From Ancylonema sp. (taxonomy: Eukaryota), in NCBI GenBank assembly GCA_050230475.1, contig JBFLGF010000002.1, forward strand, positions 62,001 to 126,000: DNA of 64,000 bases, read 5' to 3'. This document shows positions 62,781 to 64,000 of this stretch, piece after piece. Both the position numbers and the translations under genes were made by a program. The notes beneath the pieces were generated by a model. It did not search any database and had not been told where the DNA came from. It was given only the letters and a program-made list of their open reading frames with translations. Every line of letters begins with the position of its first letter. Positions within the stretch are counted from its first letter, which is position 1.

Positions 62781-64000
62781 TGTAGGAATAGGTTGTCTAT
62801 TTGCCTGTTGTCTCTTTGCCTAAGTTCCTATTCCGGCATAATTAATCCGGTCGAAACGATAGTCCGGATGCATGTTAGGCGATACTTCATTTCTATTGGT
62901 CTATGTCCATGACGGTGTGCGTATTGAATGTGTGGATTGTAAAGTCAGGTGTATACTCCTGATTGGTGCATTAGATAACGTGATATGTTGCCCATTTGTA
63001 TCGGGTGAAGTAGACGTGGGCGCGGATCTGAGTAGGTCGACACTCATTGTTCGTGTCTAGCGGAACAACGGAACTTGCCCAAGGTCAGACTTTTGGACCT
63101 TTGGAATATAATTGATCATACTAGCAATTCATGGCGTACTCAATCTGATTGAAGTGTGCTGCATGTTCAGTGTATGGGCACTGGTGTGAAATAGAAATAG
63201 AAATAGTATTCGTGCGAAAGAAAAAGAAAGAAATCCGCAAGAGAGGGATTTAACATAGGGTATCAGAGCGACGGGAGATGATTCCGGGACTAGTAGACCG
63301 CGAATAATCCTAAAGGAAACAAATTACAGAGTGTGGGCGACTGTTATGGAACAGTCCTTGAAGGAGAGGAAATTGTGGGGCCATATCATGGGCACCGCAA
63401 TCAGGCCTCCCTTACCGCGGACGGTGATCGTTGCCGTAGCCGCGCGGGCTGCGGCACCTGGAGTAGATGCCCGTGGCCGGTGTCACGGAAGTAACTCACG
63501 GCCTGGTTGATCATGATACGAAGCGCTTTGAGGACTTTGACGCGGCAATCGCGCGTGCAAATTCCCTTCTTCTTCAGACTTTGGAGCCTCGCGATGTGAT
63601 GGCAACTCTCATGATGCTATCTCCGGCCCAGAAGTGGAACAAGTTGGTCGCGGATTATGTGGCAGTCTCAGCATCACAGGCTGCCACTGCAAGAGCTCGC
63701 TTTATGAGCTTCAGGATGAGAGAGGGTGATACAGTAGTTCAGACTCAACACCGGTTCGATGAGTTACTGAATGAGTGCATCATACAAGCGGTGTTGGTTA
63801 CCGACGCGGATAGTACGATGGTTCTCATGACACATCCGGCGGAAAGGTGGAGAACTTTTATGGACGCCTATGCCATTCAGTCACCTCTCCCAGCTGTTGC
63901 TCAGATCTTCAGCTCTATGACAGCGTTAGAGGAACGATGGAACATGAGGAAGGATAGAGAGGTGGGCGAAGCAAACTACAGGGGGAGATTTAGTGGAGGT
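62781..64000 (+). mobile_element. 5' end of a Ty1/Copia retrotransposon: LTR 62781-63255, PBS, gag (runs off window)
   Basis: TGTAGG...TTAACA LTR; gggtatcagagc (tRNA-Met PBS with one mismatch); gag IILKETNYRVWATVMEQSLKERKLWGHI...KWNKL..DY...ARFMSFRMREGDTV; apparent frameshift near 63470. Confidence 0.92.

Noticed and set aside
1..64000. tRNA, rRNA or other structured RNA genes
   Set aside because: None recognised by eye; only short tRNA-Met-complementary PBS motifs.

Overview
Eukaryotic, intron-rich genomic DNA with plant-type genes. Gene content and G/C-skewed introns suggest a streptophyte alga or early-diverging land plant; the organism cannot be fixed from sequence alone. Genes, left to right: a partial unknown gene (-), a G-group (GBF-like) bZIP factor (+), a mitochondrial pyruvate carrier (-), a probably plastid-targeted 3xLysM-TM-FIST-like protein (+), an intronless Ubl-PI31-F-box protein (+, SKIP22/FBXO7-like), an At3g28720-like membrane protein (+), a bHLH with MYC_N/bHLH/ACT-like domains (+), an M16 zinc peptidase with a Tat-like signal (-) and an M1 aminopeptidase (+). 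Intergenic DNA holds MITEs, solo LTRs with target-site duplications, Copia/Gypsy/CRE-like remnants and the 5' end of a Copia element. Three multi-kb near-identical tandem duplications cut through genes. The most unusual items are the LysM-TM-FIST architecture, a duplicated frame-incompatible bZIP exon, a 97/15/57-nt exon series in the bHLH, and a duplicated bidirectional promoter in which one copy lost a start codon. Exon boundaries were called by eye from GT/AG sites and reading frame; no database searches were run.
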